A stretch of DNA of 64,000 nt from Anthoceros angustus (taxonomy: Eukaryota; Plantae; Anthocerotophyta), in the NCBI GenBank assembly GCA_010909165.1, contig VJWM01000134.1:558001-622000 (forward strand), given 5' to 3'. The first letter of the stretch is position 1; each line of letters begins with the position of its first letter. The position numbers were made by a program, and so were the translations under genes. The notes beneath the pieces were generated by a model. The model did not search any database and was not told the origin of the DNA. It saw nothing but the letters and a program-made list of their open reading frames with translations. Below are positions 36,678 through 48,985 of the stretch, one piece after another.

Positions 36678-38033
36678 TCAGAAGAGGAACTCCGTTAGAT
36701 GTCTGCTACCAAGGTCCAAACCACTTTCGACAGCGGCAGCGCTGGGACAGTTCATGCGATGCCACTCGAAGTGATCCTCACAGCAGATGGAGTTGCAGAT
36801 GATTTTCAACCCTCTTGCCTTCCAGCTGGCCTTGTACATGTTGTAAGACTTGTCAAAGGCCTTGCTCATACAATAGCTGCATGGGAAGAGCTCCCCTGTG
36901 TCCGTCACTGGACAAGTCCCCTTACAGCACTTGATGAGGCGTTGCAGTTTGTACGAATAATATTGCCTGTGCCACGGGTTTTCAAGAGCATGGCGAGCAA
37001 GATGACCTGCACTGTCACACAAAATGCTGGAGCATTCCAAGCAAAACCCTAGATTTGATGTCTGCGTGCACAAGCAACACTTCGCTGTAAGAGATGCGGC
37101 CCCTATCTCCTTACATCTCTTGTAGAGCTTAGCCAAGTCCCTGCTGCGGGTGTGCCCATCTTCATCCTGCTCTCCTCGACCATTCTGAGCTGTTGGGTGA
37201 GCAGCAAACGGTGTCGGAAGTCCGGCCGCTGATGTGCAATCAACGGCTAAGTGACCAGGTCGCATGCATTTCCAGCATCGGTATGTGGAAAGACTGCTCT
37301 GTATGATGCCCTCCCAATGGTCACCGTTCCCCCTGTTAGCTTCCAGCTCCGGTGGTTGCAAAGCTTCTGCAGGCAAAGTAGGGACCGTGAAAGAGTTTCC
37401 ACTACCTGCCAGACTTTCAACTTCTGCGTCGGCCCGCAGCTGTAGATGCTCATCCTTGCACTCCGCGCTGCAGACATCTTCGTCCGTCTCAGCACAAACA
37501 TACTCACCATACCTTCCACAAACCACACATACAGGCTCTCCAGGACCTGCGAACCGCTGATCTGTCCTCCGCTTCAAGACGCCACTGCTGGTATACCTAT
37601 CCCTCTCTGCCGACTCGTCCCCGTCGGCCTCATCATCTGGCGAGACTCTCCCCCCTACTCCCCCTGGGTCTCTCTCGTTCCCGCCAAAAGCGCAAGCTTC
37701 TCCATCACTTCCTTCAGTTCTGCGCAGTGACCTTGTCTCCTGCACTCTCTTCCTAGCTTGCTCAACATACTCTTCATGCGACACCACTGCGGGAGGTTCG
37801 ACAATCTGTGGGCTGGTGCCCTTGGACTCAAACTTCTGCCTCTTCACACTCCGCTGCGCAACGGATCGCTCCGTTCCGCACGTCACTGCCCTTCCAGATG
37901 CATCCAACCTGGGAATCGATGCAGCTCCGGTTGCGATGTTGTAGCTCTCAAGATTTTCTAGGGTAGAGGTCAGGTCAAATTCCTGTGCGTAGGAGTAGGC
38001 AGTGTTCTTGTAGAAGTTGGTGCGGGTGGCCAT
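36678..38033 (-). CDS. Multi-zinc-finger protein (HIT-type finger resembling the DDX59 N-terminus, CCHC knuckle, further Cys/His clusters), single exon
   Basis: QRFAGPGEPVCVVCGRYGEYVCAETDEDVCSAECK; CWKCMRPGHLAVDC; Cys-rich C-terminal half. Confidence 0.8.
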   Translation of the reverse strand: MATRTNFYKNTAYSYAQEFDLTSTLENLESYNIATGAASIPRLDASGRAVTCGTERSVAQRSVKRQKFESKGTSPQIVEPPAVVSHEEYVEQARKRVQETRSLRRTEGSDGEACAFGGNERDPGGVGGRVSPDDEADGDESAERDRYTSSGVLKRRTDQRFAGPGEPVCVVCGRYGEYVCAETDEDVCSAECKDEHLQLRADAEVESLAGSGNSFTVPTLPAEALQPPELEANRGNGDHWEGIIQSSLSTYRCWKCMRPGHLAVDCTSAAGLPTPFAAHPTAQNGRGEQDEDGHTRSRDLAKLYKRCKEIGAASLTAKCCLCTQTSNLGFCLECSSILCDSAGHLARHALENPWHRQYYSYKLQRLIKCCKGTCPVTDTGELFPCSYCMSKAFDKSYNMYKASWKARGLKIICNSICCEDHFEWHRMNCPSAAAVESGLDLGSRHLTEFLF

Positions 38034-38236
38034 AGCATCAACTTACGATACACCAAGCATGCAAGCACAAGATAGCTGCATACTTCATTTCTAATGCACA
38101 AGTATCAACGACAGATTTTGCTTTTGCACATCGAGAAGGCTTTCTATCGCCTGAGGCCTTCAGGCCATCGCGGTTTACAGAGACAACAATAACATCAGAA
38201 GAACCTTCCTTTCTAGTCTATAATCTGGTGCAGGAA

Positions 38237-41000
38237 TCAATTCATTCCTACTTCAAATAGCTGGCGTCCAATAATCATACGACGTATTTCACTTGTGCCA
38301 GCTCCAATTTCGTACAGCTTTGCATCGCGAAGAAGTCTGCCCGTCGAATACTCGTTTATGTAACCGTTGCCTCCCAAGCATTGGATGGCCTGGACCAATT
38401 TTCACATACCCGCTTTACTATTAACCGGCTCTTTGGTGCATGCAGGGTTTTGAGCCCAGAGAAACGTACCTGCAATGCGTTTTGGGTTGCATTTTCTGCC
38501 GCGAAAAGGATGGCTGCAGCACAGTCCTACATCAAGAAAGAAGAGAAGCTATTAGAGAGCCCTTCTGCAAGGGGAGCACAGAAGGATAACTAAAACACAC
38601 CTTTCTGTCAACGCGTCCTGCATCACAATCAGTTGCCACAGAGTAGACTAGAGCCCTGCAAAACAAGGAACACACAGAGGTTTGTCAGAATCCAGTGCAC
38701 TTCCTGACCCTTCCACCCATGTCTACGAGTGCATGTGGTCATATGTTGGTTGTCCAGTGCCGAACAAACCTACCTAGAGGCCTGCAATTTGGTATACATG
38801 TCTGCCAGCTTGCCCTGCAAACGAAGAGACAGCTCAAATATAGATTTTGAGATACTACTGACTCATCTGAAGCATAGCCACAAGCAAGGATAGAACAGGT
38901 AAAAACTGGGCCACATGCAGCACGTAAAACTTCAGTCAGGACCTCATTCATGACCCAAATCCCTTTCAAGTTGCAAGGGTGGACTACCACCTGCATTAGC
39001 TGGAATTCACCAATAGGTCGACCAAACTGCTGTCTTTCACGAACGTACGGGAGTACTGCATCCATGCATGCCTGCATGATACCAACTGGACCAGCTGCCA
39101 GCACTAGTCTCTCCAAGTCCAAACCTGACATCATTATGTACACACCTGCAAGTCATTCACAAAATCAGACTTGAAATCGTCGTGTATGGGGAGACGTTTA
39201 AACCAGTCGAAGAGATTCAAAAGTACCTTTGCCTTCTTTCCCGAGAACATTTTCATCCGGAACAAAGCAGTTTTCAAACACCAGCTCACAGCTGCACAGC
39301 ATGATGCACGAGATCAACGAACTGACTACAGCCCAAATAATTTTGCACAAACCTACAGGCCTGAAGACACTTCCATCGTCACTCACGTGTCACTTCCTCG
39401 CATTCCAAGCTTGTCCAATTTTTGTGCAGTGCTGAACCTGTATGACGCAGCTGTTAGTATAGCTTCCGTTTATGTGAACTTGCGTAATGTGATATGCTAG
39501 CCATAAGTTACCCTTCCATGCCCTTCTCAATAATAAAAGCCGTTATACCATGTGCTCCTGCCTGCAAATCAGTCTTCGCATAGATTATCTACAAAGCACA
39601 GAACAGAACATCGGTCCAAATCAGCACCGAAGAAACTTGGCCACAAGTTAAAACCAATGTGAAACCTGAATATGCTCTGTAAAGGCAGTATACCAGTGTG
39701 TCTGCAACAGGTCCATTCGTGCACCACATCTTGTTCCCATTGATCACATAGCCCCCTTGAGTTCGTGCAGCTTTGCACTTCATGCTTACTACATCCGAAC
39801 CAGCTGAAGGTGGATTGCACAGGTCAATAAGAATATAGGGAGGATTGCAGTAAGACGAGAGGAACTACATTTGCTCAGGGTTCTCACAGTTTGGTTCACT
39901 CATGGCCAGCGCTCCCACATGCTCGCCAGCAATTAGCTTCATACACCGACAGGGTTCCAAATTACATCAAAAATCAACCATAATTTCACCTTAAACCTAT
40001 CCAGATCAGACTTGTAACTTGAGATCTCGACGGCAACTGCAGACTGACCCACCTACAGAACAACCCCCAAAGTACAGAAGTACTAACCAACCTTTGGCAA
40101 ATACTTCGCCTTCTGAGAAGAATTCCCGTTTCGGACCTACATATGAATGTCAGGCCTGTTAGCCTACACTTTTGCGGGGCATAACAACGCATTCTCTACA
40201 CTGAATACACAAAATCAAAAGACAAAAACTGCTTCAAATCATAGTCAAGATCCGCAAGTTCAGACTTTTTACCAGCTGATTAATGCAGAGATTAGTATGG
40301 GCTCCATACGATAGACCAACAGCAGCGGAAGCCCTACTGATCTCCTCCATAGCCACGCAGTGGTACACATAGCCCAAATCCATGCCCCCATACTCAGCTG
40401 CAGAAAATAATAAACCCGACATAGGGTGTTCCATATCAGCGTGAATATACAATCACAATCTGCCCACCAAAGAAATGCTGTTCAGGGCACAAAAGAACGC
40501 ACAACTCACATGGAGCGGTAATGCCATGCAGGCTAAAGTCTCCCATGAGCTTCCAAAGATTCACAGTCTGCAGGTTAAAGGACTCTTTCAGCACCCTGCA
40601 TTAAGGTCAGAAATTTTGACAATTTGGGACCTTACCTTAGGGAAATGATTTGAGGAATCAATCTCTGCAGCACGAGGAGCAATGTGTTCCTCGGCAAATT
40701 GCTTTACGCTGTCCCTGAACTGCAACAGCCATCCAGGAAAAGATACATCAGCCTTCTACCATCCAAAATCCATGACACCATCCAAACAGGGAAACACGAA
40801 CCTGGCGGGAGGTATCATCTTCAGCAGCTTCCGCTCCAAACGTCCTATGTCCAGAGAGACTCTGCCACACAGAAGACCATGCTTAAGGCATGAGATGTCT
40901 GGCCCTTATGAAGTCCAAATTCGAGGCCTCCGATGCATAGCATGCAGGAGATTCACATACTTGTTGGGCTGAGCAGCCCGCAAGTGGCCTCAAGCATCCA
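38237..41000 (-). CDS. IVD: Isovaleryl-CoA dehydrogenase, multi-exon; N-terminus not resolved
   Basis: [113 protein letters not shown]. Confidence 0.93.
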
Positions 41001-42659
41001 CTTGCAGAACCAAGCGAGCTTGAACAGAGTCTGCTAGCCACCAGCACCGATCATCATGTCAATTTGTACTCTCTTTGCACAAAAAATGAAAATCCACATT
41101 CAAGCGACAAATTCCTCCGCCCCCAATTCTGCTTAATTTCAGCACCAGTGCCAAAACCAGAACCGAGAAGCTATCAAGCTATCATGCCAGCTTAACCGCG
41201 GCAATGCTACATGCTGCCAACAGGCACACGTCACAGCTGGAATCACGAAGGCAATACCACAGTACAACGACAGCTGAACATCCAACTCACCTAAAAGCTC
41301 TGCCAGCCAGAGCTGTCCGTAGCTGAGGCCACATGATATAAACACTCCAATCTTCCTCCAAGCCCACGAACTGTGGGAGGAAAATCTGCCGAGATCAAAG
41401 CACAGCACCCACAGCACCAATTCATCACCAACTGCGGAGGCTGATTTGAGCGGATACGCTCTAGCGCCTTTTTGAACTGCCCAGAATTGAAGGTGAATTG
41501 AACGTTTCCAGTACCGAAATGATTTAGCTCTTATGATCTCAAAGTGCCCCGATGATCAGCCCTCCAGCAGTCATGCTCAGGCTTGCCCAACCCCAATTAT
41601 CGTCAGGAGAAAGATGACAGTATCCCCTTTCAGTCCAGCATGTGCGCGTGGAACTTATTATTGAAGGAGGAGGACGAGAGTACCACGCCTGCTCCACTGG
41701 GATGAGTCGACGCAAATATGTAGCTTGCCTGGATCACGGCGTCAAAGTATGCATTCACCCGGTGACCGGTCTTGCTAACGGCACGTGGCGATTCCTTCAA
41801 TATCCAAGAATTTCCATCAGTGCTATTGCCGTACAAATGACTCACCTATGCTCAGCCACGTTGCAAATTGCAGAGCCCTAGCGCCGATATAATCGGTAAT
41901 TGGCCCGCGTAGCATATATAGACTGAGCAGCTTTCGCCTCTTTTGTCGAACATAGTTTCTCGATCAAATAGGTGTCTCCCCTAACTCGGAGGTATCACTT
42001 CGATCCTCTCTAGCTCCAGCCATATCTGCACTCGTCACAACACGTCTTCGTCGATCACTGAAAGCATACTAAGGACTATGGAAGACTTATTTCCAAGCAA
42101 AATGGAAGACAGAAGCTTAGAATGAACTACGTGAATATGCCATGTTCTTCAAGAAAAATCCTCAGTCCCTATTCGGAGTAGTGAAACAAGTATAAGACTC
42201 AGCTAGACTTTCCGCTTTGCATGGTGCTATTGGGAGTGACCCTTCCTCGTTTTGCTGAACATCTGCATCATCCTCAATAATACATCCTTCACATTAGTAG
42301 TTATACTCGCGCATAAATGTGTCGTGCTTTAAAGAATCTTGCTCTTAGATTCAACAAAGCTTCTTATATATATAGCTTACTTATATTTGTATTTCTAGTG
42401 GGGAGGCCAGTCCCTAATGATAAAGGCGTATTTTCTTATAAGTGCACAACATCCTGCACTCATGCTTGGTTCAAGCAATTAATGATGTTAGTTCATCATA
42501 GCAAAGCAAATTTTTTTGATAATAAAGACCATGTCCTTTGCTGATCTAGCTATGTTCTAAAAACACGCCCGTGACTTGTTTTGATACAAATATCACACAA
42601 ACACATAAGATTGCACCATAAATCACATGATTTAATTACTTAGTTTACACTTTAGTTTC

Positions 42660-43380
42660 ATGTTCAATTTACGAAACTAAGGAGTCTAACTAAACAAATA
42701 CATTTCCTTTGCCTCGTATTAATGAGTTGCTAGAAGGTTTAACATGGGCTAGGTATTTCTCAAAACTAGACTTGGCCAACGAGTATCATCAGAATAGCCC
42801 CTGGAGATGAGAAGGTTTGACATGGGCTAGGTATTTCTCAAAACTAGACCCGGCCAACGGGTATCATCAGAATAGCCCCTGGAGATGAAGGGAAGACAAC
42901 AATTTATTCCCACTATGGCCACTACGAGTGGCTCGTGATATTCTTGTATATGACCAATGTCCCTGCTTCTTTTCAAACGCTGATGAATGGTACATTGAAG
43001 GGTCTGATTGGAAATGACATACTTGCATACTTAGATGATGTCATAATGTATGGACGCACTTTTAGGGAATATTCTTGTATATGACCAATGTCCCTGCTTC
43101 TTTTCAAACGCTGATGAATGGTACATTGAAGGGTCTGATTGGAAATGACATACTTGCATACTCAGATGATGTCATAATGTATGGACGCACTTTTAGGGAA
43201 CATGATGAACAGCTCTGGAAACCATCGTACAGACTCAAGACTCAGAAACCATAAGCTGCATGCGCAAGCCTCAAAATGTGAGTTCTTCATGACCGGTTGG
43301 AATATCTTGGTCAATCATAAATGCACATGGGGTTTGAGCTTCAACAAGGTGCAAGTAATCCGACAGTGGTTTGTGCCTGT
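42660..43380 (+). mobile_element. Degenerate Ty3/Gypsy reverse transcriptase fragment with two internal tandem duplications
   Basis: PLPRINELLE, YFSKLDL..YHQ, GHYEW, NVPASFQTLMN, YLDDV, KLHAQASKCEF, interrupted by stops. Confidence 0.8.
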
Positions 43381-43629
43381 TCAAGTATTTGAACGGTGTG
43401 GTGCGCGGTGTAGTCTATGGTGGGGCTTATCCCAAAGGTTCAAGGCTTGCTTTGTGGGAGTCTCTGTGGCTCTGTCGTGTTAAGCATTGGGTGTTGGGGT
43501 TGATATTACAGTGGGCATGGGGTGGAGGAGGTTGCGGTGAGGACATGATTTAGGGTTTTTGGTACGGCGTCTTTGGTGGCTGGTAAGGAGGAGGTCGCGG
43601 TTATTTTATTTTTGTTGATTTTTTGAGGT

Positions 43630-44953
43630 TATGGCTTCTATTGTCAGTAAGCATAAAACAATTAAATATGGAGACAATATATCAATATTGGAGGCTACAT
43701 TACGTAGTATTGAGGATAAATATGAAGACAACACGGTATCTATATTGGAGACTAGAGTACGTAATATTATGGCGGGGAATATTTTCTTAAGGGAAAAATA
43801 TGAGTCCCTTTTGGCTAAGCACCAATCTTTGGCATGAGACTCGTAGGACGAGGGGGATGAGGAGGGCCAGGAGGACGAGGAGGATGAGGTCTATTCCGTA
43901 ATGGATGATCTTATAGATAAGAGATTTGATAGTCAGGATGCTATCATTAGAAAATTGCAACATGATCTTGATTCGGCGAGCTCATGGGCTAAAGATTTTG
44001 AGGCGTCTTTCAAGGTCAAGTTTGATTCATTGCTTTTGCAAGTTAATGCCTTGCAAATTCCTGTTCCTTATGTGGGTTGCTTGTTGAAGGCAGATCAAGT
44101 ACCTAGTTTGGAAGGCTACAAGAAATGCATAGTTATGTGGCCAAGGTTTGGATGATCAGGTTGGAAGACTCTCGAAAAGGTTGGTGGAGCAAGGGTTACA
44201 AAATGAAGTTTTTTCATGGACCATAGAGGAGAAAGCTATAAATTTGGAAAATCATTTCACTTCAACAAAACAAGTTTTACCTATAATTTTTGGAGAAGCT
44301 TAGTGGTAAAAACCTCCTGGAGGTTAATGATCCCCCTGCTCCTTCTTGTCCTGGTGGCAACACAGTGTCGAAAGTTGTTTCTGAGACGACGGATGATGCT
44401 CGCTGTGCTTTGAACTTGAGAATTTCTGATCTCGATAATGACATTGTTGCACTACTTGTGGCTGCAAAGGAGGTTCTCAATAGGCTAGAGGCCGATGCGG
44501 TCGTTCCTCGAGCGTTCTAGCTTGGAAAGGATCCTAGTAAAGAGCGCATATTGATTCTGACTTTTCACTCTATGGATGATCGCCTCTAGGTTATGAAGGC
44601 TAGGTCTATGTTATGGACAACTTAGTTACATATCAATGAGGATCTTACATCATTGCAATGAAAGACAAGAAGGAGAAATTACCCGCTTTCACAGTTGCAG
44701 GTCAAGTGGCTTTCTTTCGTGGGGATGAATTGGTGGTGTTTAGCCCTTCTTCATGCATTTTTTTTGACACTATTGATTGATTGAAGATTATTTGTCTTGT
44801 TTGAATTTTACCTTTACATTCGTGCAAACTATTCTACCATAATCTATGTAGTTGCCATAATTCAGTGTTGCCATATTTCAGTTTTGCCATATTTCAGTCC
44901 CATAACTGAAATCCGTCCTCAATGGACTTAAATAAAATTCTTCTTCCTCTTCT
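43630..44953 (+). mobile_element. Decayed LINE ORF1-like remnant ending in the shared (TTC)n retroelement tail
   Basis: Coiled-coil-like fragments, then LGKD...RILILTF..DDRL*VMKAR...HINEDLT..Q. Tail at 44897-44953. Confidence 0.45.
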
Positions 44954-45809
44954 ATGAGATCATTTTTGAGTTTTTATTTATGTGCGTGTATGTATCCTAG
45001 TGCCGAAGATGACCTAGTGCACTTCCATCTCTTTGTTCTTTACTCCCGCTTAAAATATGATTTCTAGATTATTCTTGACCAAGTGATATCCTAGATTTTT
45101 ATGTATATTAAAAAGAATTAAAAAATACAAATAAAATAATTCATAAAATCTTCAACGTACCTGGTAATTATATCATACATCAGCTGATGTTTGCACAGCA
45201 GAAAAAACGTAAGTTGAATGTGGTATCCTAGGAACAGGTCATTGTAACAATACTAGGACCGAGATATTTGGGCTGAGATACTGTAAATACCGTCCATGGA
45301 TCACACGTGTCTGGTGTCCTGTGGCCCGACCAGCGCGGTGTGGCCACCACCTGCCCCCGTTCCGTTAGAAATCCTGGGCGTCAGCACGCTCAACAGGTGG
45401 GAACACGCGCTAAAAGTCTGCAGCAGTGGGGTGGGCCTTTAGCGATAATGGCAGGTGGGGCCGCTGCTACCTGCTGCTCCTAACCTCGGAGCGACATCCA
45501 CACACACGCTTTCTTTCGTCTGTGGTCCCGACTTCCCAATACCATGGCCATTACACCTGCCAGTCGGCCATTTCCATCGCTCCCGCATGCCGCATGCGCG
45601 CCACTCATGGGACGCCCCCGTCGTTAACATAACGGCCCGGCCCGGCCCGGCTCGGCCCTGGCTTTGGCTCGTAAGCCTGGCTTTCCAGTCCCTTCCCCCG
45701 TTTCTTCCCAGTAATGTATTAACCGCATTTCTTGTATACATTGGTGGTATGAACTCAAGGTAAGTAAGTATGTACACCCGCGCGTTAGGAGCCATGCCAT
45801 TCCACATCG

Positions 45810-45915
45810 TCTGCCCGCTGCCCCGCTGCCCCGCTGCCCGCTGGCTGGCCCGCTGCCCCGCTGCCCCGCTGCCCCGCTGCCCCGCTGCCCCGCTGCCCGC
45901 TGCCCGCTGCCCTGC
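45810..45915. repeat. Tandem 7-8 bp repeat (GCCCCGCT)n
   Basis: Directly visible. Confidence 0.9.
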
Positions 45916-47864
45916 TTTTCAAATTCGATCAGATCTCCGTCAGGTAAAGGTGACCGGCGGGCCCGACACCTGCTCACCCTTGTCCTGTAGCGACGCCGGT
46001 GGAAGGTGGTCGGTTGTGAGCGCGGTGCCGCGGCGGCCACCGGCGACCGGCTCGCCACCGGATGTCGCAAGACGGTTGGTGCGGGCCGGCCCTGCTTATC
46101 CGGGCACCCGTCTTGGATGCCACCCACGTCGCCCGATTAGCTCGCTTGCTTCGCGTATTGGTGGCCTTGGCGCTTGCCTCACGGTTACCAAGCTCCGCGG
46201 CTCGTCGTTGCCAACGGCGGACAACGGACATTATCAAATCTCGCCACTTCCCATTGGATATTATTCACCTGCTTTCCCCGCCCCCTTCATGCTTGATTCC
46301 ACTCCCCGCTTGTGCAACTGTGCAACTGTGCGCCTTGCAACGCGGTGCCCGCCGCAACAACCAAGCGCTTTCCCTTTTCTCTTTCTACCTCCCTTCCATG
46401 CTTGCTTGCTTCCGAGTGTTATCTACATTGCGCCAACCGAGATGTAGGCTCTCTACATATAGATATTATTTTTTTTGTTTATATAAATATGAATAAATAT
46501 AAGTTTACAGATATTTTCAAAAAATTATTTAATCTAAATTTTTTTATGACCGAGGTCAATACAATTATATACACGTTTTCCAATGTACGAAGCCAAATGC
46601 CCACTAGTCTTTTCATTCACTTATTGAGATAAGAGAGAACGGGAAGTTGAGGAGAGTATGGTATTGAAGAGAAATGGAGAAAGAGTTAGTCGTCTCCATA
46701 GTAATTGTTAATGAAAGGTTAGTCGAAGGTCTATTACTTGTAGAGTATCTACAAAGTCTAGAATGGTGTTAGAGACCTAGTCCAAGAACAAAAGGTTAAT
46801 CAAAGGTCTATTTTAATACTTGTGGCTTAGGGGTTCATTCGTGGAGGCTAGGCCCCTGGCTCTTGACGCTTTAGTGGGTTGTCCCCTCGAATAGATAGAT
46901 TTTCCCTTCTCTTCGTTTCAATAAAGTCTTCATTGTTCCTTTTAATACTTGTGCAGTGTCTAGAATAGTATTAGAGACCCGGTCTAATACATATATGCTA
47001 AAATTTAAAATCATTTTAATAGTCTTCAACTCTAACATTTGGGCACTAAAATCTTTTGATGTGCTTCAATATCATATAATTTGTACGTATATGCCTGTTT
47101 TGTTTTCACTCCCACCTACTACTAGACTAGGCCTGTTTCCTTTGTATTCCGGAGGTGGGACTGGTCTTCATTTGTAGCAATGTATGGGGGTGTGGACGAA
47201 GGGAAGGAGACGGAAGTACGAAGTATCAACGTGGAGAAGTAGGAAAAAGTAAAATGTAGGAACGATTTTTGCTAGGGTTTATGATTATTACGCATTTATT
47301 TCACTAATTACTGTGACGTTAACGCGGGCGCGGCAAAGAGGAGGGAGGACTAAAAGAAAGGATGACGAGGGTGTTAGGAGTAAGGCGACTAGACTAGTCT
47401 AGACTAGCGTAGAGGAGAAGCCGGAGGAGGTGACAGCGTCGGAGGCAGTGTCGGAGGCGAGCCGGGAGTGGCGTGGGTTGGCGCTGGCGCTGGAGCAGTG
47501 CTTGGAATCGAGGCAGCGGGCGGCGGAGGCCGCAGCCGCACCGGGAGCGGGAGCGGGAGCGGCGCTACCTCCTCCGGTGGCGCCAGCACAAGGGGGAGCA
47601 GGAGCGGGAGGGGCAGGAGGAGGAGGGGGAATAGCTGCCGCGGCAGCCGCAGCAGGGGAGGAGGACGGTGGCGAGGCAGCTGCAGCTGCAGCTGCAGCAG
47701 GTGCCCCCTCCGCGCTTGCGCTTTCGCTTGCTGCCGACTTGGCTCCGTCCCAGCTGCTGGCCCCTCCCGCCACCACTGTGGGACACGACAATGTGCTCTT
47801 GCAACAGCAGTTGCAGCAGCAGCAGCAGCAGCAACAGCATCAGCATCAGCTGGGAGGGGCAGCG

Positions 47865-48954
47865 ATGCTGCCGCAGCCGGGCGTCACGGCCCGCTCCCAA
47901 TTCAACAGCCTCAACATGCTGGCCGGCTTCTACAACCTCTCCTCCCTCAACGTGGCGGGCGCCGGTGCCGGCCCCGGGAATGCAAATTCCGGCGGAAGTG
48001 GAGGCGGAGGTGGAGGCGGGATGGGAGTGGTAGGAATGGGACCTGCTGCGGCCGCGGCTGCGCTCGGCCAGGCGCTCAATGCTGCAGCTGCCAGCAGCTC
48101 CGCGGGAGGAGCCACCTCGCTCACCGCATCGCAGACTGCTAATTCAGCCCTGTCTCAGCAGCACCGTGGCCTCCCCGACTCCATGGGCCTGCCTGCCTCC
48201 CCGCACTCCTTCACATCCAGCAATCTCAACCTCTCCGCCTCCGCTGCTTCCTCGCTAGCCAGGCAACAGCAGCAGCAGCCGCTCTCCAGAATCCACCTCC
48301 AGGAGCAGCAGCAGCACCTCACTTCGTCCTCGTCTGCTTCCAACTTGCTCTCCGACCAGATGGTCCAGCAGCAGCTGCACGCGGGAGGTGTTCAGCATCA
48401 GGCGCTCAATGGCCAGCAGCAACAGCAACAGCAGCAGCAGCCGCAGCAGCAACAGCAGCAGCAGCTTCTTGTCGGAGGACAGCTCAATGTGCTGAGCCAG
48501 CAATTGCAATCTCCGGCGGCATTAGGGCCGGTCAAGATGGAAGGCCAATCCAAGGACCCGGCGGGGCCGAGCCAGCAGCAGCAGCAAGCTGCGGGCCTGC
48601 TGGTGCCCAAGGCGGAGGTGAAGCCCGAGCCTGATCTGCAACAGCAGGTGGTGCAGCACGTGTTGCAGCGCTCCGACTCCACCTTGTCGGCGCAGTTGCA
48701 GCAGAGGCAAGAATTGCTGCAGCTCCAGCAGCAGCGGCAGCAGCAGCAGCAGCAGCTTCTGCTGCAGCAGCGGATGCTGCAGGCGCAGCAGCAGCAGCTG
48801 ATGCAGTCCTTGCCGCACCTGCAGCGGGTGCTGCCTAACCACCTCCAGCAGCAGTCGAAGCAGCAGCAGCTGCCGCAGCAGTTGCAGCTGCAGTTGCAGC
48901 TTCAGCAGCAGCAGCAGCAGTATCTGCAGCAGCAGCAACAACAACAGCAACTGC

Positions 48955-48985
<31 letters not shown>

